A stretch of 64,000 nt of DNA from NCBI GenBank assembly GCA_963700285.1, contig CAVOXA010000010.1, positions 1,824,001 through 1,888,000 of the forward strand, written 5' to 3'. Within the stretch, counting starts at the first letter, position 1. The number at the start of each line of letters is the position of its first letter. This document shows positions 40,075-49,815 of this stretch, piece after piece. The DNA is from an uncultured Chloroflexia bacterium (GTDB lineage Bacteria > Chloroflexota > Anaerolineae > JAAYZQ01). The position numbers and the translations under genes were made by a program. The notes below the pieces were generated by a model. That model saw nothing but the letters and a program-made list of their open reading frames with translations. It was not told where the DNA came from and made no database searches.

Positions 40075-40233
40075 TGTCAGCCTGGAGCAGCTCCAGGTAT
40101 TTGGAGTCCATTCAGCTCATGAGATGTCCCCTGTCTTGGCAACACTTTCTCATGGGTCAGCGAGTCTGCCATGGTAACATTCATTCGTGAGTCAACGAAT
40201 CCATTTCGGTAATATTCTGAATGAGTCAAATCG
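40075..40233 (-). mobile_element. Second IS-end remnant related to 30270-30530
   Basis: Three GG(T/C)AA..TG(A/G)GTCA units at 40138, 40173, 40208 (35-bp period), followed on the minus strand by decayed MS*MDSKYLELLQA, similar to MSQVDGTLLRLLQA. Confidence 0.6.
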
Positions 40234-40238
40234 GCCCC

Positions 40239-40267
40239 TTGCTCGTACTCCCCACCCGTGGTATACT
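40239..40267 (+). promoter_or_regulatory. Sigma70-type promoter
   Basis: TTGCTC-N17-TATACT with TG at the extended -10 position. Confidence 0.45.
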
Positions 40268-40336
40268 ATGGCAGTCAAAAGAGTGGAGAGTATACCAAGT
40301 ACGGTAAGTGACTCCCTCTCAGCCTAGGAGGCAACG

Positions 40337-41173
40337 ATGCCCTATTCCTTCCAACCCGGCAAGATGTATCGCATGCCAACCCACTTTGGGCCTCGAACCG
40401 GGCCCAGGCAGGGTGCGGATGGCCTGAGTTTTGAGAACAAGGATACCCCAAAAACCACAACCGTCGCCGTCAGCTTTCTGACCAACGCGGATCAGCTTGA
40501 GGCATTACTGCCTCCAGGCTTCGAACTCGCCGGAGAGCCTGTCGTGACCGTTGAGGCGTCCTACATGACCGAGATCGAGTGGCTAGCAGGTCGCGGTTAT
40601 AATATTCTTGGCGTCTCGTTTCCCGCCACCTTTCATGGAGAACAAGACCACGTAACCGGCAGCTTTCTGACCGTCCTCTGGGAGAATCTGGCCGACCCGA
40701 TCATCACCGGCCGCGAAGAGTTGGGTTTTGCCAAGATCTACTGCGAGCTGCCAGAGCCTGTCGTCTTCCGCGGCGAAACGCACCTAACCGCCAGTTGGCT
40801 GGGCTTCAAGTTCCTCGATCTCAAGGTCAACCATCTGCGCCAACAATCCGCCGAGGAGATTGAGCGCCTGGCAAAAGTCCAGACCGGCGCTGGGATCCTC
40901 CACTACAAGTACATGCCCAGAACCGGCGAATGGGGCGCCGCCGACGTGGCCCATGCTACCCTGACGCCAGCGGCTACACCCCACCGGGTGGTCAAAGAGC
41001 GCTGGGTTGGCCAGGGCAGTGTGCAGTTCCATCAAGCCCGCTGGGAAGACATGCCCACCCAGTACAACATTGTAAACACCTTCTACGATCTGGAAGTCAT
41101 AGAACTTTGCGGTGCGAGCGTTACCAAAACGGTGGGCGGCAAAGATCTCAGCGATCAGCGGATCCTGCGATAG
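40337..41173 (+). CDS. Acetoacetate decarboxylase family protein
   Basis: LEALLPPGF, WLAGRGYN, LWEN..DPIITGREELGFAK. Confidence 0.8.
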   Translation: MPYSFQPGKMYRMPTHFGPRTGPRQGADGLSFENKDTPKTTTVAVSFLTNADQLEALLPPGFELAGEPVVTVEASYMTEIEWLAGRGYNILGVSFPATFHGEQDHVTGSFLTVLWENLADPIITGREELGFAKIYCELPEPVVFRGETHLTASWLGFKFLDLKVNHLRQQSAEEIERLAKVQTGAGILHYKYMPRTGEWGAADVAHATLTPAATPHRVVKERWVGQGSVQFHQARWEDMPTQYNIVNTFYDLEVIELCGASVTKTVGGKDLSDQRILR

Positions 41174-41274
41174 GATCCCAGTTGCGCCACGCCTGAATCA
41201 ACGCCCGCGCCGGGTAGCCCCATGGACTGTGTTCCGGTAGAACCGGCGCGAGCGTCCTGGACAAGGAGGAGCCT

Positions 41275-42105
41275 ATGTACGATCTCAACGGGAAAGTAGC
41301 CCTGGTGACTGGTGCTGGTGGCCAACAGGGTCTGGGACGGGCCATCGCGCTGCGTCTGGCCCAGGAGGGGGCTGACGTGGTCGTCAATGACGTGGTCGCG
41401 CGACATACAAGATCGCCGGACTGGGCCGGTTTGCCCGACGTCGTCCGCGAAATTGAGGCCCTGGGCCAGGATGCCTGCGCCATTGTGGCCGACGTCTCTG
41501 ACGCGCAGCAGGTTGGAAGGATGGTCGAGCAGGCCCTACAGCGCTTTGGCCAGATTGACATTCTGGTAAACAACGCCGGCGCCCCCGCCGGCCGGGATCG
41601 CGTGCCTGTGATTGAGTTGGAGGAAGACGCCTGGGATCTCATCCAGCGTGTGAATGTCAAAGGCACATTCCTCTGCTGCAGGGCCGTCGCCCGGGCCATG
41701 ATAGCGCAGGGGCAGGGGGGCAAGATCATCAACATATCGTCGTTGGCGGGCAAGCAGGGGATGGCGCGCTTTGCCGCCTACTGTGCGTCAAAGTTCGCAG
41801 TCAGAGGTTTCACCCAGGCGCTGGCCCTGGAACTGGCCCCCCATCACATCAACGTGAATGCCATTTGTCCCGCCCTGATAGAGACGGAGCGTGTCGGCGA
41901 CATGGCGGCAGCGCTGGCGCCAGAGGGCATTTCTACAGAGGCCTACCGTGAGCAGATGCTGGCCGATGCGGCCTCGGCGACTCCGCTGGGCCGTATGGGC
42001 CAGCCCGCGGACATCGCTCAATTGGCCGCGTTTCTTGCCTCAGCGCAGTCTGATTTTCTCACCGGCCTGGCAATCACCGCCGCCGGCGGGTCCTATATGG
42101 AGTAG
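41275..42105 (+). CDS. Short-chain dehydrogenase/reductase
   Basis: TGAGGQQGLG, LVNNAG, YCASK, VNAICP. Confidence 0.93.
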   Translation: MYDLNGKVALVTGAGGQQGLGRAIALRLAQEGADVVVNDVVARHTRSPDWAGLPDVVREIEALGQDACAIVADVSDAQQVGRMVEQALQRFGQIDILVNNAGAPAGRDRVPVIELEEDAWDLIQRVNVKGTFLCCRAVARAMIAQGQGGKIINISSLAGKQGMARFAAYCASKFAVRGFTQALALELAPHHINVNAICPALIETERVGDMAAALAPEGISTEAYREQMLADAASATPLGRMGQPADIAQLAAFLASAQSDFLTGLAITAAGGSYME

Positions 42106-42215
42106 GAGAAGGAGATACTCCCTCCGGGAGCGTACGGAGCCCCCCTGGGCGCCAGGGGGCAGGTAGGCTGGCGGGTCACCGTTCCCGCCAGAAAGAATCT
42201 CACAAGGAGTGAAAA

Positions 42216-43940
42216 ATGTCTACGCACAGATGCAAATGGCTGTTGTCTATCCTGGTACTGGTGGCCTTGACGCTGTCGCTGCTGCCGGTGGCTTGGGCCC
42301 AGGGTCCGTTTACCCTGACGATCCTGCACACCAACGATACGCACGCCCACTTGGAGTCCTTTCAGCCCTTCAACGAGCCTTTGCAAGGGGGCGTGGCGCG
42401 GCGCTACACGGCCATCCAGCAGGTGAAGGCTGAGGGCGGCAACGTCATCCTGGTGGATGCGGGCGATGCCTTCCAGGGCACGCTTTTTTTCAACCAATGG
42501 CAGGGTGAGGAGGAATCTCACTTTATGAACGCTCTGGGCTACCAAGCCATGGCCGTTGGCAACCACGAATTCGACCTCGGCCCGGCCGGACTGGCCAGCT
42601 TTGTCCAGCAGGCCGCTTTCCCAGTCTTGAGCGCCAACCTGGACGCTTCGACGGATCCCGATCTGGGCGGCCTCATCAAAGCCTACACGGTCTTGGACGT
42701 GGCCGGTGAAAAGGTGGGCGTCTTTGGCCTAACGACGCCGGACACGGCCTTTATCTCCAGTCCCGGACCCAACGTTGACTTTGGGGATGCCACCGACGCC
42801 GCCCAGGCCATGGTGGAGGCTCTGGAGGGTCAAGGGATCAACAAGATCGTGGCCTTGACCCACCTGGGCTACAGCGTGGACCAGAAGCTGGCCACTGCCG
42901 TGGATGGCGTCGACGTCATCGTAGGCGGGCACAGCCACACGCCGCTGGGCGATATGGAGGGCGCCCAGGGACCTTATCCCACCGTGGTCACGGCGCCTGG
43001 GGGTGACCCGGTGTTGGTCGTCACCGCCTATGATTGGGGCAGGTATTTGGGCCGCCTGGACGTTTCGTTCGACGCCAATGGAAAGATCGAGACGTACGAG
43101 GGCAAACCGATCTTCATAGACGAGAGTATCCCGGAGGATGTCGGCATCGCGGCCGACGTGGCCAAATATGCCCAACCCCTCGAGGAACTACAGAACCAGA
43201 TCGTCGGACAGGCAGCCGTCAATCTGGAGGGGGATCGGGAGTTGGTGCGCAGCCAGGAGACCAACCTGGCGGACCTGATCTGCGACGCGATGCTGTGGAA
43301 GTCGGCGAGCGAGGACACCCAGATCTGCATTGTGAATGGCGGAGGCATCCGGTCCAGCATCCCGGCCGGTGACGTGAGTATGGGCCAGGTTTTGGAGGTG
43401 CTGCCCTTTGGCAACCAGATTTCCACGTTTGGCCTGAAGGGTTCTGACCTTTGGGCGGCTCTGGAGCATGGCGTCAGCGGCTACGAGGATCAAAATGGTG
43501 CGTTCCCGCAGGTCGGCGGGATGCGCTATACCTTTGATCCCAATCAGCCCGCAGGCTCGCGCATCACCAGCGTCGAGGTCAAGAGCGCCGATGGTGGTTA
43601 CACTCCCATCGATCTGGGCGCGGTCTACAAGATGACCTCCAACGAGTACATGCGCGGCGGAGGGGATGGCTATGACATTCTGGCCACCAACGCCATCGAC
43701 CCCTACGATGGCGGCGCGCTACTATCCGACGCGGTGGCCGAGTACATCGGCGCCCATTCACCTGTGAGCCCGGCCACGGAGGGGCGCATAACCATAGGGC
43801 AAGCAGGGCTGCCGACGGCGGGCGGGAAATCGTTCGAGGGCTTTATGGCTGGCTTTGTTGTCCTGCTCGGCGCTGCGCTGATCGTCGCCGGTGTGCGTAT
43901 GCGGCAGGAGCTGGATGGCGGCCTGCCGCCTCAGGACTAG
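42216..43940 (+). CDS. Secreted 5'-nucleotidase/UDP-sugar hydrolase with an LPxTG-like anchor
   Basis: Signal peptide, ILHTNDTH, DAGD.FQG, GNHEFD, GGHSH, NGGGIR, LPFGN; C-terminal LPTAG + hydrophobic helix + RMR. Confidence 0.92.
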   Translation: MSTHRCKWLLSILVLVALTLSLLPVAWAQGPFTLTILHTNDTHAHLESFQPFNEPLQGGVARRYTAIQQVKAEGGNVILVDAGDAFQGTLFFNQWQGEEESHFMNALGYQAMAVGNHEFDLGPAGLASFVQQAAFPVLSANLDASTDPDLGGLIKAYTVLDVAGEKVGVFGLTTPDTAFISSPGPNVDFGDATDAAQAMVEALEGQGINKIVALTHLGYSVDQKLATAVDGVDVIVGGHSHTPLGDMEGAQGPYPTVVTAPGGDPVLVVTAYDWGRYLGRLDVSFDANGKIETYEGKPIFIDESIPEDVGIAADVAKYAQPLEELQNQIVGQAAVNLEGDRELVRSQETNLADLICDAMLWKSASEDTQICIVNGGGIRSSIPAGDVSMGQVLEVLPFGNQISTFGLKGSDLWAALEHGVSGYEDQNGAFPQVGGMRYTFDPNQPAGSRITSVEVKSADGGYTPIDLGAVYKMTSNEYMRGGGDGYDILATNAIDPYDGGALLSDAVAEYIGAHSPVSPATEGRITIGQAGLPTAGGKSFEGFMAGFVVLLGAALIVAGVRMRQELDGGLPPQD

Positions 43941-44355
43941 GGCGCAGAACAACCCTCGACCCAAGGCAACCGCCGAGGGATTTTTGTGAGCCTTTTGTAC
44001 ATGAAAGGCCCAGACAAGGGCCAAGGCTCCCGCTATTCTGGGTCTTGGTCCTTGTTTGCCGCAGTAAAAGCGTATCCATTTCGATGGAAATTGTACTGGG
44101 GGAAAAGGCCTGACCCTGATCCTGGCCAGAGTTGGTGTGATCGGGCCTTGTGTCAGCGCCCAACGATACGGGAATCGAAGGCGGGAACGATGCATCTCAG
44201 CCGGTTTCAACCGGCGCTGCTCAGTAGCCTTGGGCCTTTAGCCCAGGGCAATCTGTGCCACCCAAGACTCCACTCGACAGGGTACACTTTTCTCCCAAAT
44301 GTTCTCGCGTTGCACATCATCTCGCGGTACAATGGGTCGAGGGTGGAGACAGACT

Positions 44356-44907
44356 ATGAGGCTATTAGCTGACATCTTGACGGCAGTGCGGTTGGTCTTT
44401 GCTGCCGTTATCGTTTACACGGGTCTGCAATACGGCGCCCAGGCATTTGGCGCCGTGGCGGCCGTCTTTCTCCTGGGCTGGACCCTGGATACGCTGGATG
44501 GCCACCTGGCCCGGGCGGATACCAGCCGCCCACCCAGTTGGCTGGGCCGCAACGAGCGCCAGGTGGATGCGGTCATGGTGGTAGCGGGTTTTGTCTACCT
44601 GACTCTAATTGGCATCGTACCCGCGTGGTTGAGTATTGCTTATCTTGGCGTATCCACCCTTCTGCTGATCAGGTTCCGCTCCAAGGCCGTGTTGACGCTG
44701 CTGGAAGCGCCCCTGGTCATGCTCATGGTGGCAACAGCATTCTTTCTGGAGCCGTTGTGGGGCTGGCTGTACGTGGCCTGGGGTACCGGTGCGTTGATCG
44801 TGGATCGACGCCGGCTAAAGATCCGGGTGGAAATTCTCTGGGACGATGCGCGTCGGCTTCGCGGCCGGCTTGCCAGTGGGGATGCCGAGGACGCCGAAGA
44901 ACGGTAG
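44356..44907 (+). CDS. CDP-alcohol phosphatidyltransferase-like membrane protein
   Basis: ADILTAVR and LDTLDGHLAR motifs; GGAG RBS before ATG 44356. Confidence 0.7.
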   Translation: MRLLADILTAVRLVFAAVIVYTGLQYGAQAFGAVAAVFLLGWTLDTLDGHLARADTSRPPSWLGRNERQVDAVMVVAGFVYLTLIGIVPAWLSIAYLGVSTLLLIRFRSKAVLTLLEAPLVMLMVATAFFLEPLWGWLYVAWGTGALIVDRRRLKIRVEILWDDARRLRGRLASGDAEDAEER

Positions 44908-44953
44908 CACATGTGGGCGATTTCGATCGAGTCTGCTGAGCGTTCCACCAGAA

Positions 44954-44980
44954 GGGCCGCCCGCGCAAAGCGGGCGGCCC
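44954..44980. terminator. GC-rich hairpin between convergent genes
   Basis: Perfect 11-bp stem GGGCCGCCCGC-gcaaa-GCGGGCGGCCC. Confidence 0.65.
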
Positions 44981-45011
44981 CCGATTTATTCTAGATCCCA
45001 GTACCTGGGCA

Positions 45012-46910
45012 TTACACGCCGATCTCATCGGCCACCCAGCCGATGCCCAGTTCCTCCAGTTTGCCCCGCGTAGGAACGCCCTGCGCATCCCAGCCGGACA
45101 TGGCATAGTAGGTGTCCTTGGCTTTTTCCAGTTCGGCCGGATCGATGTAGAAGCCGTGGGAGGGGCCGCCCTCCTTCGGTTTCGTTAGTTTGGCCGGAAG
45201 TACGTCGTCCTCGCGGGTGAACCCGGCCCGGACATTGAAGGCCCGCATCATGTTGATGCGTCGCTCGCCAACCTTCATCAACTCCCACAGGCTCACGTCC
45301 CAGCCGGTAACCGCTTTCACCATCTGCACCAACTGGTTACAGTCATAAAGTTGCCAGGCCGGTCCCCAGACGAACTGGCAGACGTTGACGCTGTCTGCCA
45401 GGCTGTAGAATCGCTGCGTGTAAAGGGCAAAGCGGATCTTTTCCGCGTCAAGCCCATACTTTGGCTGTCCATCCAACAGATCCAACTGTGCCAATCGCCC
45501 CTGGAAGTCCTCAAAGTCATCTTCGTAGGCGCCATCGTGCTCTGATGACTGGTGGTCGGCGCCAAAGGGATTGACGGCGTAGATGAGTCCCAGGCTACGC
45601 TTGACCTCGGGCATGTGCGCTGGCAGGTCGTGGCCCTTGACCACTACCGCCAGGTCCTCGGCCCCATTCCCGATCTGCTTTGCCGCTCGCAATGCTCCCT
45701 CGGCCAGGACGTTGCCAAAGCCTTCCCGTTTGGCGATCTGCTCCGCCATCTGGGTCATGGCTGCTGCGTTGCCAAAACGCAGTTCAACCCCGCCCGTGTC
45801 CTCCAACGTGAGCAGGCCTTGCTCAAAGCAGTCCATGGCAAAGGCGATGGTTGCCCCGCAAGCGATGGTATCCATACCGTACATGTTGCACACTTGGTTG
45901 GCATAAGACACGGCGGCAAGGTCGTCGATCCCACAGTAGGAGCCAAAGGTAGCCAGCGTCTCGTACTCGGGACCGCCATAGCGCGGGTCCACCTTTTTCC
46001 CCTGCCATTCTGTTTCCACCACGCGCTTGCAGCGTATCACGCAGGCGTAGCAGGTGTCCCGCTCCTTGAGGATGGTGTTGCTCATGACCTCGCCCGTCAG
46101 CGATTCGTGGCCCTCCAGGACCCCGCTGGACCAGTTGTTCGTGGGCAGCCCACCCGATTCATGCTGGAAGGCCAACACGTCGGCGGTACCATCCATACCC
46201 AGGCTATAGACGTCCGAATCCTCAAAGTTCTGCGCACCCCAGCGGGCCAGCTCCGTCAGTGCCTTGCGGTCGGCGATCTCCGGCTTGCTGGTTCCGCGCA
46301 CGGCGACGGCCTTCAGGTTCTTGGAACCCATCACCGCGCCCATGCCGGTTCGCCCGTTGGCCCGGTTGCTCATGTTGATGATGCAGGCAAAGCGCACGCC
46401 CTTTTCGCCGGCCGGGCCGCACTGCAAGACCTCTACCTTGGCATCGTCCAACTCTTCCTCGATGGCGGCCTGGACCTCGCCGGTGACCTTGCCCCACAGG
46501 TGGCCGGCATCCCGCAACTCGGCCTCGCCGTCGTGTACCCAGAGGTAGACGGGCTTTTCCGCCTTGCCCTTGATGACAAATGCGTCAAAGCCAGCGTTCT
46601 TGGCCTCGGCCGGCCAGAAACCACCCGCCTGGGCGTCGCCGATAGCGCCGCTCAGAGGTGATCTGGCTGTGGCCGTCACGCGGCTTTGGCCCGAGACCGC
46701 TGCACCTGTGGTCACGCCCAGGCTCAGCACCAGGACGTTTTCCGGTTCTAGGGCATCGGCGTCAGCGGGAATGAGCTTGAGGGCGTAGTGCATGCCCAGG
46801 GCGCTGCCGCCCATATACCTGCGGAAGAACGTCTCGCCCGGCTCTTCCACCTCTAGCTTGCCTGCCGTCAGGTCCACGTGCAGGATCTTTCCGTTGTATC
46901 CGTTCGGCAT
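45012..46910 (-). CDS. aor: Aldehyde:ferredoxin oxidoreductase (tungsten AOR family)
   Basis: GYNGKILHVDL, SPLSG, GRTGMGAVMGSKNLKA, CYACVIRC, GPEYET, DTIACG, G.PT...LEELG. Confidence 0.92.
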   Translation of the reverse strand: MPNGYNGKILHVDLTAGKLEVEEPGETFFRRYMGGSALGMHYALKLIPADADALEPENVLVLSLGVTTGAAVSGQSRVTATARSPLSGAIGDAQAGGFWPAEAKNAGFDAFVIKGKAEKPVYLWVHDGEAELRDAGHLWGKVTGEVQAAIEEELDDAKVEVLQCGPAGEKGVRFACIINMSNRANGRTGMGAVMGSKNLKAVAVRGTSKPEIADRKALTELARWGAQNFEDSDVYSLGMDGTADVLAFQHESGGLPTNNWSSGVLEGHESLTGEVMSNTILKERDTCYACVIRCKRVVETEWQGKKVDPRYGGPEYETLATFGSYCGIDDLAAVSYANQVCNMYGMDTIACGATIAFAMDCFEQGLLTLEDTGGVELRFGNAAAMTQMAEQIAKREGFGNVLAEGALRAAKQIGNGAEDLAVVVKGHDLPAHMPEVKRSLGLIYAVNPFGADHQSSEHDGAYEDDFEDFQGRLAQLDLLDGQPKYGLDAEKIRFALYTQRFYSLADSVNVCQFVWGPAWQLYDCNQLVQMVKAVTGWDVSLWELMKVGERRINMMRAFNVRAGFTREDDVLPAKLTKPKEGGPSHGFYIDPAELEKAKDTYYAMSGWDAQGVPTRGKLEELGIGWVADEIGV

Positions 46911-47008
46911 TGTCAACACCTCCTCGTGATTTTTACTCTAGTCTCCGCGCAAAGGCGGCAGTCCGTGTGACGGGCGGGTCCGAGTTTCCCGAAATCTCCT
47001 GCTGCAGC

Positions 47009-47320
47009 CTACCCGCCGACGACAAATGGGAAAACCCGAACCGAGTCACCGTCATGCAGGACGCGGTTGAGGTCCCTCTCATGTTCGCCGTTGACAGCGC
47101 ACAGCTTCACGCGCCTGTGGATAGCGAGTTGCTCCACCAGGTCACCCAAGGTGGCGCCATTGGTCAGCTCGATGTCGGCTTCCCCCCGCGCCTCCGGAGG
47201 CAAATGCGCCCGGAAACGGGACATGAGCTGTACGTGAACGCGCACACGGCCCTCAGTTCTTTCTGTGGCCGGGGTAACAGTCCCCTGATCAACACTTGAC
47301 ATGCTGGCATTATACTCCAA
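47009..47320 (-). CDS. MoaD/ThiS sulfur carrier
   Basis: Beta-grasp pattern VNGE...LHDGDSVRVFPFVVGG with C-terminal GG, next to aor; true start probably downstream of 47320. Confidence 0.85.
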   Translation of the reverse strand: MEYNASMSSVDQGTVTPATERTEGRVRVHVQLMSRFRAHLPPEARGEADIELTNGATLGDLVEQLAIHRRVKLCAVNGEHERDLNRVLHDGDSVRVFPFVVGG

Positions 47321-47498
47321 AAACCGCCAAACAGCAAGCGGTCATAGGCCGCTACGCCAATAGGACAAGCTACCCTGCCATCCCGCTTCTTCCGTTGATT
47401 TTTGCCATAGGGACAAGGTGTGCTAAGATAGCCTATTCCAAGAGATGGCCGCTGCAAGCAGAGCACTTCTCTGCCAGGAGACCAGGGAGGGGGTGGAC

Positions 47499-48518
47499 AT
47501 GAGATTGACGCACAAAGAGCGGATGCAGCGGGCCCTGGGTCACGAGCCGATTGACCGCTTGCCGACGCAGGTCAATTATACATCGTCGATGGGCCTTCAG
47601 TTGGCTGAGTGCTTGGGTGTGTCCCTGGAGGATCTGCCTGCTCGTCTGGACAATCACTTTCTGCGGGTTGACATTTCCCACGAGCGTGCCTACAGCAAAG
47701 ATGGGCGTATCGCCTTCGACTGGTGGGGCGTCGGGTTCGATACCCGTGAGGAAGGCTATTTCGCTGCCACCAACCCCTTGGCGGAAAGCAGGGATCTTGA
47801 TGCCTTCCCCTGGCCCGATCCTCACGCTCTGGGTTTGCTGGATGGCGCCGGCAGGGCGATCCATGATGATGGCGGCCAGCACTTTGTCGCTCCCAATTTC
47901 GGCTTTGCCCTCTTTGAGAGAGCCTGGACGCTGCGGGGTTTTGACACCTTCCTGCTGGACATGGCGCTGGATCCCACGTTTGCCCAAGATCTATTGGAGC
48001 GGATCACCGAGATCCAGTTGGTGCTCATCCGGCGCTTCCTGGCCTTGGGTGTGGACGGTGGGTATTTCGGAGATGATTATGGGGCCCAGAATAATATGCT
48101 GTTTTCACCCAAGATGTGGCGCCAGATGATCAAGCCCCGGCTGGCCCGGATGTTCGCGCCCTTCCGCGAGGCGGGCCTGCCGGTAATGATGCACTCCGAC
48201 GGGCAGATCGCCGACATCCTCCCCGACCTGGTAGAGATCGGCTTGACAGCCTACAACCCGGTCCAGCCAGAAGTCGTCGATCACGGCTGGCTTAGACGCA
48301 CCTTTGGGCAACGGCTGGCCTACTATGGCGGTATTTCTACCCAGACCGTCTTACCCCAGGGTTCGCCACGGGATGTCAGCCGGGCCGTTTCCGACTGTGT
48401 GGCAACGCTGGCTCCCGAAAATACCGGCCTCCTGATCGCCCCCTCCCATCGCCTGATGAGCGACATCCCCCTGGAAAACATTGATGCTTTGTTGCAGTCT
48501 TTTGCCACACTTCCATAG
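47499..48518 (+). CDS. Uroporphyrinogen decarboxylase / MtaA-CmuA-like family protein
   Basis: ERMQRALGHEPIDRLP, FERAWTLRGF, GDDYGAQ, HSDG, NPVQPE, GGISTQ, APSH. Confidence 0.85.
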   Translation: MRLTHKERMQRALGHEPIDRLPTQVNYTSSMGLQLAECLGVSLEDLPARLDNHFLRVDISHERAYSKDGRIAFDWWGVGFDTREEGYFAATNPLAESRDLDAFPWPDPHALGLLDGAGRAIHDDGGQHFVAPNFGFALFERAWTLRGFDTFLLDMALDPTFAQDLLERITEIQLVLIRRFLALGVDGGYFGDDYGAQNNMLFSPKMWRQMIKPRLARMFAPFREAGLPVMMHSDGQIADILPDLVEIGLTAYNPVQPEVVDHGWLRRTFGQRLAYYGGISTQTVLPQGSPRDVSRAVSDCVATLAPENTGLLIAPSHRLMSDIPLENIDALLQSFATLP

Positions 48519-48563
48519 ACCTGCTTGGTAGGGTCAGATGTCCATCGCGTTCAAGTTCAGGGT

Positions 48564-48592
48564 TTGACAGTGCCTCAACGATGTGGTAAAAC
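48564..48592 (+). promoter_or_regulatory. Sigma70-type promoter of galK cluster
   Basis: TTGACA-N17-TAAAAC with TG at the extended -10 position. Confidence 0.45.
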
Positions 48593-48645
48593 CAAACTGA
48601 AAGAGTAACCGGAATACCGCGTCCAAAGAGGTGAGGCCACTGCCT

Positions 48646-49815
48646 ATGGATGTTCAAGCAAGAAGAGACCTGGTTGCCGGCCAGTTTGTTGAGCGGTTCG
48701 GCAAACCGCCTTCGGTATGGACCCAGGCGCCCGGCCGGGTCGACCTTATGGGCAGCCATACCGACTACAACCTGGGCTACGTGCTCACCCAGGCCATCGA
48801 CCGCAATACCTGGATCGCCGCCAAACCGCGGGAGGATGGCAGGGTTGCCATCCAGTCCCTGAACCTGGAGGGCGGTGTCGAATTCAGTCTGGAACAGATT
48901 GAATACGACCCTGTTCTTCCCTGGACGAACTATGTCCGCGGGGTGGCGGCGGCTCTACGCCAGAAAGGCTACCTTCTCCAGGGCTTTGATGGGCTGATTC
49001 ACAGTACCATTCCCTTTGGCAGCGGCCTCAGCTCGTCGGCCGCCCTGGAGGTCGCTGCTGCCGTCTTGTTCAACGTCCTGGGCGATCTGAAGATCGATCC
49101 TGTCCAGATGGCGCTCCTCTGCCAGCAGGCAGAGAACGAGTTCGTGGGCCTGAATTGCGGCATCCTGGACCAGTATTCGTCCGCCATGGGCAGGGCAGGC
49201 AGTGTGCTGTTGCTGGACTGCCGCGATCTCAGCAGCCAGACCAAACCACTGGCTGACGGTATTCGGGTGATCATTTGTGACACCCGCGCCAAACGAGAGT
49301 TGACCGGATCCGAATATGCGGAGCGGCGCGCCCAATGCGAGGAGGGAGTCCGTATTCTCGCCGGCTTTCACCCTGGTATCCAGGCGCTGCGGGATGTGGA
49401 CCTGGAACAATTAGAGACCCACAGACCTGATCTGCCCAGCGTGGTCTATCGGCGCTGCCGGTTCATCATCGAGGAGAATCAGCGTGTACTGGATATTGCT
49501 GATGCGCTGGCCCAAGGCGACCGAAGACAGATCTCCGCCCTGGCAGCCGCATCATACGCCGGCGCACGGGACCTGTACGAGATCAGTTGTGGCGAGATGG
49601 AGATGATGATCGCCGCCATGCTGAACGCCCCCGGCGTCATTGGCGCCCGGCAGGCAGGTGCTGGCTTTGGCGGATGCATGGTTGCCTGCGTGGAACAACG
49701 GCAGGTTGATGCCTTTGCCCGGCACGTGCGCGACTACTACCAGACAAGCTCGGGCCTCGAGCCCCACGTGTATCCGGTCTTGGCTGCAACTGGTGCTGGG
49801 CTCCTGGTGTGGTAA
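48646..49815 (+). CDS. galK: Galactokinase
   Basis: APGRVDLMGSHTDYN, IPFGSGLSSSAA, CGILDQ, GARQAGAGFGG. Confidence 0.9.
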   Translation: MDVQARRDLVAGQFVERFGKPPSVWTQAPGRVDLMGSHTDYNLGYVLTQAIDRNTWIAAKPREDGRVAIQSLNLEGGVEFSLEQIEYDPVLPWTNYVRGVAAALRQKGYLLQGFDGLIHSTIPFGSGLSSSAALEVAAAVLFNVLGDLKIDPVQMALLCQQAENEFVGLNCGILDQYSSAMGRAGSVLLLDCRDLSSQTKPLADGIRVIICDTRAKRELTGSEYAERRAQCEEGVRILAGFHPGIQALRDVDLEQLETHRPDLPSVVYRRCRFIIEENQRVLDIADALAQGDRRQISALAAASYAGARDLYEISCGEMEMMIAAMLNAPGVIGARQAGAGFGGCMVACVEQRQVDAFARHVRDYYQTSSGLEPHVYPVLAATGAGLLVW

